The notes under the pieces were generated by a model. The model was not told the DNA's origin and did not search any database. It worked only from the letters and a program-made list of their open reading frames with translations. The translations under genes and the position numbers were made by a program. 64,000 bases of DNA. It comes from Vulcanimicrobiota bacterium. Lineage in GTDB: Bacteria; Vulcanimicrobiota; Xenobia; Xenobiales; JADMJV01. The stretch spans positions 1 through 64,000 of the forward strand of contig JBFWNU010000004.1 in the NCBI GenBank assembly GCA_050250895.1, in the 5' to 3' direction. Positions 18,422-28,203 of the stretch are shown here, piece by piece. Each line of letters begins with the position of its first letter. The first letter of the stretch is position 1.

Positions 18422-19829
18422 GGGCCGCCTGCATCTGACGTAAACACAACTCTACCCTCTGGCTGCCGAAGCGCTGAGCCAGTTCGGTTACGCCGAGCTG
18501 CCCGTCGAGGGCGGCCGCCACCTCGGCGATCTCGGGCTCCAATCGCTGCAGCGGGGGCCAGCCGTCCTTTCTGACCAGAAAAGCCTGTCCGTCGCGCGTG
18601 TCCCGATAGAGCGAGGTTTGAGAGCTTAGGGTCGGGCGCAGATGGCCCCCTGGCCAATCGGGCCGATAGGCCAATTCGAGGGCGGCCAGCCAGTCTTCGA
18701 GCAGACGGCTGCGGTCCCCGGGCTGGCAAGGGATATCCACTCGTACCGACCAGCCGGGATGAGTGGGGGGCAACCGCCGAATCAAGACCAGACCCATGCG
18801 GATCTCGTCAATGTGGTGAGCCTGGTAGTTATCGAGATATGCTCGATAGCTGGCGCAATATCTCGGCCAGGGTAGGCCGTGGTCGCTATGCAAGATGATG
18901 TACTGATGAAGGGTTCGATGGCCCAGGTCGAGCACCGCCACGCCCCAGCCGGTTTGACCTCCGAGCCAACCTACCAGGCGCTCCAGATAGGTGCTGGTGC
19001 TCATCACCGGATAGTCCAGGATCATGGCCAGGGTTCCGCCCTCGTCCAGGTGTTCGGGCAAGCCCGCGACCACCCGGCGCGAGATGTCCTCGCCCGTGGG
19101 CCCGCCGGTGCGGTGAATGAGCATCCCCTCGTCGGGAGTCGGCACGAAGGGAGGGTTGACCGTAATCAAGCCGTAGGGTCCCTCCACCTGGGCATAAAGG
19201 TCGCTGGCCACGAAGCGACAGTTGCCGGCCCCGTTCAGCAGCGCGTTGAACTCGGCATAAGCCAGAGCTCGAGGGTTGAGGTCGACCCCCAGGGCCGTGT
19301 CGGCGTGAAAACTGGCCAGCACCGCATGCACCCCCGAGCCGGTACACAGGTCCAGGGCCTTGTGCACTTTCTTGCGCACGGCCAGACGCACCAGACTGTA
19401 GCTATCGATCCCTAACTGATAGACATGGCCATCGGGGTAGCTGTGGGCCAGGGCCGGGTCGGTCATGATGAGGGCGTCGTGGGCGGGATAGAGGTCGACC
19501 CGAGCCCGCACCCTGGGTCCCTGGGCTTCGAGCAGACCGAGTTCCAGACACATCTCGACGACGTCTGGCCCCAGCCACTCGTCGAGCCGCTCGCGAACCA
19601 CCTTCTGGCGCGCCAACCAGAGGCCGATGAGTTGGGCGACCGGCGTCGCCTGCTGGTCGATCATCCAGCCGAACCCCGGCAGAGAGGGAATGGTCGCCAG
19701 ACTCAACTCGGGCAGGCCGAGAACCCGTGAGGCCGTAGCTTCATCATACCCAAACGCGCTGAGGCGCTCTTTCAGCCGCGGGATGAGCAGGCGATGCTCG
19801 GCCGAGAGCGGCCGTTCCAAGGGTTGCAT
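18396..19829 (-). CDS. Class I SAM-dependent methyltransferase (HemK/MTS-like) with a C-terminal winged-helix/PqqD-like extension
   Basis: ALDLCTGSG, VDLNPRA, SDLY, NPPF motifs. Confidence 0.85.
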   Translation of the reverse strand: MQPLERPLSAEHRLLIPRLKERLSAFGYDEATASRVLGLPELSLATIPSLPGFGWMIDQQATPVAQLIGLWLARQKVVRERLDEWLGPDVVEMCLELGLLEAQGPRVRARVDLYPAHDALIMTDPALAHSYPDGHVYQLGIDSYSLVRLAVRKKVHKALDLCTGSGVHAVLASFHADTALGVDLNPRALAYAEFNALLNGAGNCRFVASDLYAQVEGPYGLITVNPPFVPTPDEGMLIHRTGGPTGEDISRRVVAGLPEHLDEGGTLAMILDYPVMSTSTYLERLVGWLGGQTGWGVAVLDLGHRTLHQYIILHSDHGLPWPRYCASYRAYLDNYQAHHIDEIRMGLVLIRRLPPTHPGWSVRVDIPCQPGDRSRLLEDWLAALELAYRPDWPGGHLRPTLSSQTSLYRDTRDGQAFLVRKDGWPPLQRLEPEIAEVAAALDGQLGVTELAQRFGSQRVELCLRQMQAALSLSGEGC

Positions 19830-19910
19830 CGGACCTTGTTGGCGGCGGCCGCGGCGGCATCCTGTGCGAAGTAGGAACGACAGTTCGAAAATCGAAAGAA
19901 AGATGGAACG

Positions 19911-22355
19911 ATGCGCTCTGGCCCGCATGTACCGACCCTTTTGGTTGGGCTGCTCGTGCCGGCCCTGGTGTCATTATGCTGGTTGGTGGGGCCTGTAGAA
20001 CAGCTCTCGGTTGCTTTGCTCGTCTTTCTGGCCGCGGCCGTCATCCTCGAAATACTGGCCATCCCGCTCCCTGGCTATGGGCTCTTCTCGGCTGCCTTTC
20101 CCGTCTATCTGGCCATGGGGTTGCAACCTTCCGGGGGTGGAGCGGCCGCCCTCACCATGGCGGGGCTAACCTTCGCCCGCGGGCGGTTGCGGGATCTGGG
20201 CGAACTACCCGGGCGCTTGCGCGGTGTTCTGCTCGATCTCGGAGCCGGCCTGTTAGGTCTGACCATCGCCCTCGTCATCCAAGACGCGAACCGGTTGCCG
20301 ATCCTGGCGGGGATCCTGGGCGGGGCCATCTGGTTGGGCTTTCACGAGGGTCTGGCCCTGGGACTGGCCGAGCCCCTCGACGCCAAGGAATACAATGAAT
20401 GGCGACCCATCTATGCCCGCCTGCGGGGCCCTCGTGTCGGTCTTGCCTTGACCGCCCTGGTGCTGGTCGAGGTGGCCGCCGTCAAACCGTGGGTCACGTT
20501 GACCCTGCTTCCCCTGCTGTGGACCACCCACTTGACTGCCTACAACACGGTTCATCGCACCTATGTCGAAGAGGTCGATCACGTTCGCGAACAACTCGAC
20601 GACTCGCAACAAAAACTCGATCGGGCCCTGGGAAGAGCCGAACGAACCAACCAACAGCTCAAGCTCAGTCAAGACGAACGCGTGCTGCTGGAAGAATATC
20701 CCAAGGCGTTGGGCTCGACTCCAAGTCTGGAGCGGGTCATCGACGTAACTGTCGCCCTGGCCCGTCGCATCGGCCGGGCCGAACACGTTGTCCTGTTTAG
20801 CCTCGACGAGGGTGAGTTGATGCCGGTAGCCCATCACGGTGGGCATCGCAACCTGGTCGAAGAGGCTCGCCTGGGCGGCAAGCGTGAACCGGTAGTGGAC
20901 CAGGCCCGGGCCGAAGGTCGCTGGCAGACAGCCTTTCTGCAGAAAGTGCCCGGGCGGCTGTTTCCGGGCGACGAGATGGTCGCGGCCTTTCCGATGGGCG
21001 ATGACGTCCTCTATCTCGGTCGGGCCCGTCAGGAGTTTTCCGAGCACGAACTACGCTTGCTGGCTCTACTGGCAGGGCATGCCTCGTTAGCCCTCGAGTC
21101 GGCTCGTCGCTATCGAGCCGAACGGCAAGCCCTCGATCAGCACGCCCAGGTCAACCGCGCTCTTTCAGGCTGGGTGGACCGGCTCGAAAGCCTCATGAAC
21201 TGGGCCGTCACCACTGCCGGAACTCTGGACCAGTCGGCCATCAGTGAGTATCTCGAACAATCGTTGTGCTCGGTCATTCCTCATCAGGACGGCATGTTGT
21301 TGCGCTATGGCGACAAGTGGAGTGTCACCCGGGTCTGGCCGGAGGCAATCTACGACCTCGGAGCCGTCATCGAGCTGGCCGAGTCCGTCCTGGCCGGCGG
21401 CCGCTGCCTGTTGCTCGACGATGTCAACCGTTCCCGCTTTTCCCGGCCCTTTCCCGACACCGTCAGCTTGCTGGCCGCCCCGCTGACCTCCGAGTCAGGA
21501 CCGATCGGCGCCATCCTGCTGGGGGCCCCCGAGGCCGACCACTACAACCGCCAACACCACGACCTGCTGGTGTTAATCAGCTCCCACGCCTCGGTGGCCT
21601 ACTCCAACGCGCTCCACGTCGAGGCCATCATCGAGGCCCGCCAACGCCTGGAAGAATCTCAGGCGCAGCTTATCCAGAGCGGAAAAATGGCCGCCGTAGG
21701 CGTGTTGGCCGCCGGTGTAGCTCACGAACTCAACACCCCCCTGGGGGCCATCCAACTGGCGGTCACGGCCGCCGCAGAGCAGCTAGAGGAAAAGCCGCAG
21801 GCGGCCCTCCGAAAGCTCGAGACAGCCGACAAGGCGGCCCAACGCGCCCGCGACATCATCGATAAATTACTGGTCTTCTCCCGCCGCTCCGATCAGGTCG
21901 AAGAGACGGTCGATCTCGAAGAGGTGGTCCGATCGACCCTGGACCTGGCCGAACTAAAGTTGGCTCGCGACGGGGTCAAACTCGACGTCTACACCCAGCC
22001 GGGCCTGAACTTGCTGGGTGACGGCAACGAGATTCAACAGGTCCTGCTCAACCTCGTTCTCAATGCCCGCGACGCGGTGCTAGCTTGCGACCAGGGTCAG
22101 CGACGCATCGTCATCACCACCCAGTCGACCGGCGACGAAGTGGTGCTCACCGTCAACGATACCGGCGTCGGCATGACTCCCGAGCAGACGGCGCGTATCT
22201 TTGAACCTTTTTTCACCACCAAGCCTCTGGGACAGGGCACAGGCCTGGGTCTAGCCGTGAGCCATCAGATCGTGGCTAAACACCGAGGCCGCTTCGAGGT
22301 CCAGTCGCGCCCCGGCTCAGGCAGCGCTTTCTCGGTTTTCTTTCCCGCCGCCTAG
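19911..22355 (+). CDS. Membrane-anchored GAF-GAF sensor histidine kinase
   Basis: N-terminal TMs; two GAF-like regions; AHELNTPL H-box, [29 protein letters not shown]; start uncertain. Confidence 0.92.
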   Translation: MRSGPHVPTLLVGLLVPALVSLCWLVGPVEQLSVALLVFLAAAVILEILAIPLPGYGLFSAAFPVYLAMGLQPSGGGAAALTMAGLTFARGRLRDLGELPGRLRGVLLDLGAGLLGLTIALVIQDANRLPILAGILGGAIWLGFHEGLALGLAEPLDAKEYNEWRPIYARLRGPRVGLALTALVLVEVAAVKPWVTLTLLPLLWTTHLTAYNTVHRTYVEEVDHVREQLDDSQQKLDRALGRAERTNQQLKLSQDERVLLEEYPKALGSTPSLERVIDVTVALARRIGRAEHVVLFSLDEGELMPVAHHGGHRNLVEEARLGGKREPVVDQARAEGRWQTAFLQKVPGRLFPGDEMVAAFPMGDDVLYLGRARQEFSEHELRLLALLAGHASLALESARRYRAERQALDQHAQVNRALSGWVDRLESLMNWAVTTAGTLDQSAISEYLEQSLCSVIPHQDGMLLRYGDKWSVTRVWPEAIYDLGAVIELAESVLAGGRCLLLDDVNRSRFSRPFPDTVSLLAAPLTSESGPIGAILLGAPEADHYNRQHHDLLVLISSHASVAYSNALHVEAIIEARQRLEESQAQLIQSGKMAAVGVLAAGVAHELNTPLGAIQLAVTAAAEQLEEKPQAALRKLETADKAAQRARDIIDKLLVFSRRSDQVEETVDLEEVVRSTLDLAELKLARDGVKLDVYTQPGLNLLGDGNEIQQVLLNLVLNARDAVLACDQGQRRIVITTQSTGDEVVLTVNDTGVGMTPEQTARIFEPFFTTKPLGQGTGLGLAVSHQIVAKHRGRFEVQSRPGSGSAFSVFFPAA

Positions 22356-23452
22356 AGTTTTTCGATCAGCTGCACCACCGGCAGCATCGCGGCCAGCACG
22401 ATGCCACCCACCACGATGCCCATGAAAGCCATCATCAAAGGTTCGAGGATGGCCGCGAAATCGGCCAGGGCCAGGTCCACATCCTCTTCGTAGAACTTGG
22501 CCAGATAGCTCAAGGTGCGCTCGATGTCGGCCGACTCTTCACCGGCCATCGTAAAGGAAGCCAGCGGCTCGCCGAAAAGCGGGGCCTTGCGCATGGCCTC
22601 ATGCAACAGCGAGCCCGACTCCATCTCGGCGGCGATGAGATGCAACTCGCTGGCCATCATCACGTTGTCGGTCACCCCACTCGAACGGCGAACGGCCGGT
22701 GTTAGAGGCATTCCGGCCTCGAGCATGGTCACCAGCGCGAACAGAATCTTGGCCGTCTCGGTCTTGCGATAGAGTTTGCCGGCCACCGGAATCAGAAACG
22801 GGATAAGGTGAAGGAACTGGCGCAGCTTGCGCCGCTTACGGATAGCCATTGCGATCCAGGGAGCAAAAAACCAGCCCACCAGAGCCAGCACCGTCCCCAC
22901 CAGCACGATCGGCCCCCCAAACGAGCGCGCCTTCAAAAGCATGCGGGTGATGAGCGGCAACTGCAGGTCCATCTGCTCGAAAACGGGCAGGGTCAGGGGG
23001 ATGACGTAGCCGACCAGAAAGCCGATGCAGACCATGCTCATGACGAAAAGCACGGCCGGGTAAGTCAGAGCGGCACTGATCTTGCGTCGCAGGTCGAGAT
23101 GCTTCTCGGTCATCTCGGCCAGTTTGTCGAACACCATACTGAGCTGGCCGGTGCCCAGGCCGGCCGCCACCAGCCCGACATAGACGGTCGAGAACGCTTT
23201 AGGGTGAAAGGTCATGGCCAGATCGAGTTCCTGACCTTTGTCGACCCGGGCCACCACGTCGTCGAACGCCTGGCCGAGCCCACCCCCAAAGGTTTCAGCG
23301 CAGAAAGACAGACAGTCCTGAACCTGGATCCCGGCGTTGAGCATGGCCGAGATCTGGCGGGTCGAGGTGACCAGATCAACCTGGTTGACCTTGGCCGCGG
23401 GCCGCAGAATCTGAGAGATTCTTCCCCGGAGTTCATTACTTCCGATGGCCAT
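22352..23452 (-). CDS. Type II secretion F / type IV pilus platform protein (PilC/GspF family)
   Basis: TRQISAMLNAGI, HPKAF, ALTYP, AGEES, LEPLMM. Confidence 0.9.
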   Translation of the reverse strand: MAIGSNELRGRISQILRPAAKVNQVDLVTSTRQISAMLNAGIQVQDCLSFCAETFGGGLGQAFDDVVARVDKGQELDLAMTFHPKAFSTVYVGLVAAGLGTGQLSMVFDKLAEMTEKHLDLRRKISAALTYPAVLFVMSMVCIGFLVGYVIPLTLPVFEQMDLQLPLITRMLLKARSFGGPIVLVGTVLALVGWFFAPWIAMAIRKRRKLRQFLHLIPFLIPVAGKLYRKTETAKILFALVTMLEAGMPLTPAVRRSSGVTDNVMMASELHLIAAEMESGSLLHEAMRKAPLFGEPLASFTMAGEESADIERTLSYLAKFYEEDVDLALADFAAILEPLMMAFMGIVVGGIVLAAMLPVVQLIEKL

Positions 23453-23561
23453 TTATTGACGTTTCTGAATAATCGGAAAGGGACCTGCAAAAAACGGCAG
23501 AGGACGACCTGGATTTTCCGTAGAAGTATGCTAAGTTCATTGCAGTAACACAATTCGAGGT

Positions 23562-23978
23562 GTGATGGGTCGGTCATTCAGGGGTTTTAACCTGCTCGAG
23601 ATGATCATCGCAGTGACGGTGTTTAGCACCATTGCTGTCGCTTTGATGGGCATTTGGAGTCACAACGCTCGGGTCTTGCGCCACGACCAGGACCGGGTGA
23701 TGGCGGCCGTCATTGCCGAGAATATCATGGAGTCACAGATCTCGTTAGGCTTCAAGGCCGAAGACATCTACCCGACAGACTTCACGGTTACTCACTACGA
23801 CAACGACCAACCGATGAGCGTGACCTATAAGTACGAGGTCAAGGTCGAAGACACCAGCACCGGCCCAGAAGACGTCTCTCTCAAGCATTGCGTGGTAATC
23901 GTGCGGTGGAGCCCACCGGGAACGGACTTGCATGAAGAGCAACTGCTGCTCGAGTCGATGCTCTCCTGGCAGAGCTGA
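23562..23978 (+). CDS. Prepilin-type minor pilin/pseudopilin (PilV-like)
   Basis: RG|FNLLEMIIA type III signal with E5. Confidence 0.85.
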   Translation: MMGRSFRGFNLLEMIIAVTVFSTIAVALMGIWSHNARVLRHDQDRVMAAVIAENIMESQISLGFKAEDIYPTDFTVTHYDNDQPMSVTYKYEVKVEDTSTGPEDVSLKHCVVIVRWSPPGTDLHEEQLLLESMLSWQS

Positions 23979-24546
23979 CGCCTTCACCCTGCCCGAGGTC
24001 ATGGTGGCCGGCAGCTTGATGCTGCTGGTCTTGGGCGCCGTTCTTCGCCTGATGATCGCCGGCAATGCGTATCTTAGCTTGCAAGAGGGCCGGACCGAGC
24101 TCCAGAAGGATGTCACCCTGGCCTTTCTCTGGATGTCGCGCGAACTGCGCGAAACCGACGCCGACAGCATCCAGGTCGCCCCCGACGGGGCGGTGTTCGC
24201 CAGCCCCCGCGACTTCAGCGGTGAGGTCAAATTCGACTCGGCCGGCCGCATGCTCTGGCAGAAATACATCTGCTACTACGTAGAAGAAGTGGCCGGCAAG
24301 CCCTGCCTGGTGCGCAAGGCGGTGGCAATCAGCCCGCCGGCGGTCAGCCCTCCGCCCGCCCCCCCGGTGGACTCGGTCCGCCTCGACAACAGTATCAACT
24401 ATCAGGTGAAAGCTCGCAACGTGAAGAGCGTCACCTTCAACAACAGCGTCTCTCCCATGGAGTTCACCATCTTTGGCGAGATCGTCAACCGGCGTGGTCG
24501 CAAATACGGTATGGAGCTGAAAACGCGTGTCTATTTCAGGAACTGA
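23932..24546 (+). CDS. Prepilin-type minor pilin/pseudopilin (PilW/GspJ-like)
   Basis: A|FTLPEVMVAG followed by a hydrophobic helix; overlaps the previous gene. Confidence 0.82.
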   Translation: MKSNCCSSRCSPGRADAFTLPEVMVAGSLMLLVLGAVLRLMIAGNAYLSLQEGRTELQKDVTLAFLWMSRELRETDADSIQVAPDGAVFASPRDFSGEVKFDSAGRMLWQKYICYYVEEVAGKPCLVRKAVAISPPAVSPPPAPPVDSVRLDNSINYQVKARNVKSVTFNNSVSPMEFTIFGEIVNRRGRKYGMELKTRVYFRN

Positions 24547-26122
24547 TCAGCGCCGGCAAAGACTGCGGCGCGGCATGTCGGCGCTGTTGTTGGTGATTCT
24601 AGTGGGGGCCATCTTCTTTATGATGACGGCCCAAACTGGCGTTTTCACGATGCAAGTGCAGCGGGTGGTGGCCAAGAACTATTGGGAGAAGAAATGCCAG
24701 TATGCCGCCTACGCCGCCCTGCAGTATGCGGTCGACCGCCTCAATGATGACGACAATTGGGACCCGGGTGCCTCCATCGATCGCTGGCCGATGCCCAACG
24801 ACCCCGAGACGACCTACACCCTCAAAGTGAACAACAACCATAGCGGCGCGTTGGGAGATCCTTTCGTGGCCCCTGACGGCGTCATCGTACCCAAGGGCCT
24901 GGTTTACCTCAGGGCTTACGGCGAGGTCCGTAAAGGCAAAATCGCAGGCATCAAGACGGCCGCCGTGGCTTCGATGGGGTTCTACGGCGACACGGCTTTC
25001 AACCACGCCGCCATCGGCACCGCCTCGATCACCCTCGACAACAACTCCTTCACCGACGCCTACAAATCGAGCGCCGGCCCATACGTGGCCAAGCCGCCGC
25101 CAACCGTCGACACGGCTGCGGTTCCTCCGAAGCTGGACAAGCCCAGTCCCAACTTGAAGGGCTCTATCTGCACCAACGGCACCAACTCTGGCATCAACAT
25201 CCTCAACGGCTCCTACGTCCTGGGCAACGTCGAGGTGGGAGCCGGGTCGGTCCTCAACCAGGCCCTGGTCTACGACCAATTTACCGACGCTACCAGCGCT
25301 CAGGGCATCCCCTACACCGGGGTCGAGCGCATCCGCGACAAGCTCAAGCGTATCCCCCGCTTCGCCCCCCCGTTTCACCCCAACGGGGCTACGGCCGAAG
25401 TCATCGTGACCGGCATCCAGACGGTCGCGCCGGGCGCCTACCGGCGGATCGAGGTCCGACCCGGCGGCACCCTGCAATTACAGGCGGGCTCCTACTTCGT
25501 GTCCGAAGACTTCCTCATCGATGGGGGGGTGGTCACCACCAGTTCTTTGCCTGACAACGACAACGCCCTCTACTGCTACGTCGGCGAGGCCTTCACCATG
25601 CGTAATGGAGCCACCCTCAACGAAGACGGCATCCCCATCGCGTTCCGACTTTACTTCGTGGGCAACGGGGCTCCCGGCTTTGTCAATCTGAAGTTCGATA
25701 TGGATCAGAACAGCCGGGCCTGGCTGGTCTGCTTGGGCCGCTTTGCCGACGCTTTGCTCGACAACAATAGTCACCTCTACGGCGGCATTAAAGCCCGCGA
25801 GGTGCTGGTCAACAATTTCTCGGCCATCCACTATGATACCACTCTCTTCGAAATTCCCGCCAAGGGCGAGGTGGCCTGGACCCTGGTTGGTCTGATGGAC
25901 GAGGGCTTTGACCTGGCCGTCGAGGATCCGTCCAGCGACCCCTACGGCGGCGGCGGGGTCGGGGGCGGCGATGACGACGATGATGACGACGATGACGATG
26001 ATGACGACGATGACGACGACGATGACGATGATGACGATGACGACGATGATGATGATGATGACGACGATGATGATGACGATGATGACGACGACGATGACGA
26101 TGATGATTTCCAGGAATTCTAG
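24527..26122 (+). CDS. PilX-like large minor pilin with a beta-rich adhesin-like domain and a 46-residue poly-Asp tail
   Basis: RRG|MSALLLVILV (no E5, as in PilX/GspK); Asn/Gly-rich beta region; GAT/GAC x46 at 25970-26107. Confidence 0.78.
   Translation: MSISGTDQRRQRLRRGMSALLLVILVGAIFFMMTAQTGVFTMQVQRVVAKNYWEKKCQYAAYAALQYAVDRLNDDDNWDPGASIDRWPMPNDPETTYTLKVNNNHSGALGDPFVAPDGVIVPKGLVYLRAYGEVRKGKIAGIKTAAVASMGFYGDTAFNHAAIGTASITLDNNSFTDAYKSSAGPYVAKPPPTVDTAAVPPKLDKPSPNLKGSICTNGTNSGINILNGSYVLGNVEVGAGSVLNQALVYDQFTDATSAQGIPYTGVERIRDKLKRIPRFAPPFHPNGATAEVIVTGIQTVAPGAYRRIEVRPGGTLQLQAGSYFVSEDFLIDGGVVTTSSLPDNDNALYCYVGEAFTMRNGATLNEDGIPIAFRLYFVGNGAPGFVNLKFDMDQNSRAWLVCLGRFADALLDNNSHLYGGIKAREVLVNNFSAIHYDTTLFEIPAKGEVAWTLVGLMDEGFDLAVEDPSSDPYGGGGVGGGDDDDDDDDDDDDDDDDDDDDDDDDDDDDDDDDDDDDDDDDDDDDDDFQEF
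25970..26107 (+). repeat. Coding GAY x46 tract (poly-aspartate)
   Basis: 138 nt of irregularly mixed GAT and GAC codons. Confidence 0.97.
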
Positions 26123-26125
26123 ACC

Positions 26126-26797
26126 ATGAGATTTGGCTACTGGACCGCTCTTCTGGCGGTCGTTTTTCTGCTGGCTGGATGCTCCAAGCCTAAGGAATAC
26201 GAAAAGAAGGCCCTGCTGCGAGAGCAGTTAATCGGCAAATGGAACGCCGAAGACGGCTGGGTCGAATTCACCAAAGGCGGGCTGGTAGGACGCATGGACC
26301 GCGGTTCGGGCTGGGCCGCCAGCTACAACCTGGTCGACGGAACCCGACTCGAAATCACCGAGCCCGGCAAAGAGGGAGAAGCCGTCGTCTGGAACGCGGA
26401 CGTGAGCGGGGATAAACTCAAGCTGGTACTCGACAGTGGGACCATCGAAGAATTCACTCGCGAAACCCCGCCAGCGGCGCCAGAAGATGCCAAACTGGTG
26501 GGTCTGTGGGGGTCCACCAGCGTCGGCGAAGGACGAGAGAACCTGATGGAGTTCACCGACCACGGCACGTTTGTGTCGTTTCGCTGGATCTCTTCGGCCG
26601 AGACGGGGGACAAATATAAAGTCGGCGAGACGGGCAGTTATAAGGCCATTGGCGGCAAACTCACCCTCATGGGCGCCCGCAAACGCGAGTTCACCAAAGA
26701 ACTCGAGTATAAGATTGACGGGTCGGTGCTAGAAGTCTTGGGAATGTGGAAAGACAAGGACGGCAACCCCACTTCACGTTCATATCATCGGCGTTGA
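26126..26797 (+). CDS. Lipoprotein with two lipocalin-like beta-barrel repeats
   Basis: LAGC lipobox; LIGKW...EFTKGG and LVGLW...EFTDHG repeats. Confidence 0.75.
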   Translation: MRFGYWTALLAVVFLLAGCSKPKEYEKKALLREQLIGKWNAEDGWVEFTKGGLVGRMDRGSGWAASYNLVDGTRLEITEPGKEGEAVVWNADVSGDKLKLVLDSGTIEEFTRETPPAAPEDAKLVGLWGSTSVGEGRENLMEFTDHGTFVSFRWISSAETGDKYKVGETGSYKAIGGKLTLMGARKREFTKELEYKIDGSVLEVLGMWKDKDGNPTSRSYHRR

Positions 26798-28203
26798 AGC
26801 CTTTTCTTCAGGGCCTCTTCGCTAGCGAAGAGGTCGAGCAAGACCGCCGGCTGCGCATGCTTCTGGCCGCCCTTCTGCTTTACTACTACGTCACCTTTTA
26901 CAACTGGTGGAAGGGCGCTACTTCAGCTCTGTCGACCAAGGGCACCGAGTCATTCAACTACGTGCCCACCTGGGTCTTCGAGCACTGTCGCGGCCTCATT
27001 TTCTTAGACCACTTCCAAACCAAAGTCTACCTCTGGCTATTGGGCATGTTGGCCCTGGCCGGCGTCTTCTGGCTGTTTTATCGCGACGACACGCTGGGTC
27101 CGATGGTCATTCTAGCCTTTCTTTTTGCCAACAAGCTCTTCTTCTACCTGATGGATTTGCGCTTAATGGCCAACTTCCACCATCTCCATCTGCTCTACAG
27201 CTTCGTCTTTCTCATCTCGCGAGCCAAGCTATTCTACTTTCGGCTCGGCCTGGCCACCTCATATTGGTTGTCGGCCTTCATCAAGTTCACTCCCTCGTGG
27301 CTGTATGGCGACTATTTCAACTCGGTCCTGGGCAAGTTGCCGCTGCTGCCTCACAACGCGACGGTGGTCATGGTGCTCATGCAGGGAGTGATCATCATGG
27401 AGGTGGTGGGTCCGTTTTGCTGGTTCTCGAAGCGGGCCTGGCTACGCAACTTCTCCCTGGCCCTTTTTGGTGCATTTCACGCCTACTCGGGACTGCTGGT
27501 TGGGTTCAAGTACACTACCTTGATGTTCAGTTGCCTGGTGCCGGCCTTTCTCGACTTCAAGGCGCCGATCCATCAAGGCTATCAGTTCCAAAGGCGCGAT
27601 CTGGCCCCCATCGGCTTTCTGACCTTGGCCCTGCTTGGTGGGCTGTATCACTTCACCATTCCCGGCGACGTGCGCATGACGGCCGAGGGCCGTTACTTGG
27701 GGGTCTTCATGTTCGACGCAAATCGCTCGGTGCTGTTTCACGGCAAAGTCGTCAAAGGCAAGAAGACCTATGAGTTCTGGGTCAAGCGTCCCTGGCGCAA
27801 CGGGGCCATTCTCGAAGACGGCAGCATCGAATCCAACACCGAATACCAGGTCTGGGGCTCGCTCAAAGAAGGTGACCACGTGCGCCGAAAGCGCAAGATT
27901 CTGGGTTCGCTGCGCGACGGAGACCAGATCGTCTTCAACCCCAGACTGTTCACCAGCGCCCAGGTGAGAACTTTCGGCGACCCCTACCTCTACTACTTCT
28001 GGGCCAGGGAGCTTCAACGCCGCTACAAGCCCGACAAGATCTCGCTGGAACTGTTCCAGCAACTCGACGGTCATGTCGACTCGTTCCAGCTCGTCGACAT
28101 CGAGGATTTCGCCGCTCTCGACCCTCACTATTCGGGCTTTCGCCACAACGAGTGGATTAAGCTGCCCGGCCCCGATGCAGAGCAGAGCTACCGATGGTGG
28201 TAA
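26794..28203 (+). CDS. HTTM-domain / vitamin-K-dependent gamma-carboxylase-like protein
   Basis: ANFHHLHLLY, SYWLSAFIKFTPSWLYG, AFHAYS, MTAEGRY...MF, DPYLYYFWAREL, FRHNEWIKLP; TTGA overlap with the previous stop. Confidence 0.75.
   Translation: MKPFLQGLFASEEVEQDRRLRMLLAALLLYYYVTFYNWWKGATSALSTKGTESFNYVPTWVFEHCRGLIFLDHFQTKVYLWLLGMLALAGVFWLFYRDDTLGPMVILAFLFANKLFFYLMDLRLMANFHHLHLLYSFVFLISRAKLFYFRLGLATSYWLSAFIKFTPSWLYGDYFNSVLGKLPLLPHNATVVMVLMQGVIIMEVVGPFCWFSKRAWLRNFSLALFGAFHAYSGLLVGFKYTTLMFSCLVPAFLDFKAPIHQGYQFQRRDLAPIGFLTLALLGGLYHFTIPGDVRMTAEGRYLGVFMFDANRSVLFHGKVVKGKKTYEFWVKRPWRNGAILEDGSIESNTEYQVWGSLKEGDHVRRKRKILGSLRDGDQIVFNPRLFTSAQVRTFGDPYLYYFWARELQRRYKPDKISLELFQQLDGHVDSFQLVDIEDFAALDPHYSGFRHNEWIKLPGPDAEQSYRWW

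Noticed and set aside
25908-26129. 73-aa Met/Thr-rich ORF as a metal-binding peptide or RiPP precursor
   Set aside because: It is the shifted-frame shadow of the GAY poly-Asp tract; the invariant GA positions show selection on Asp.
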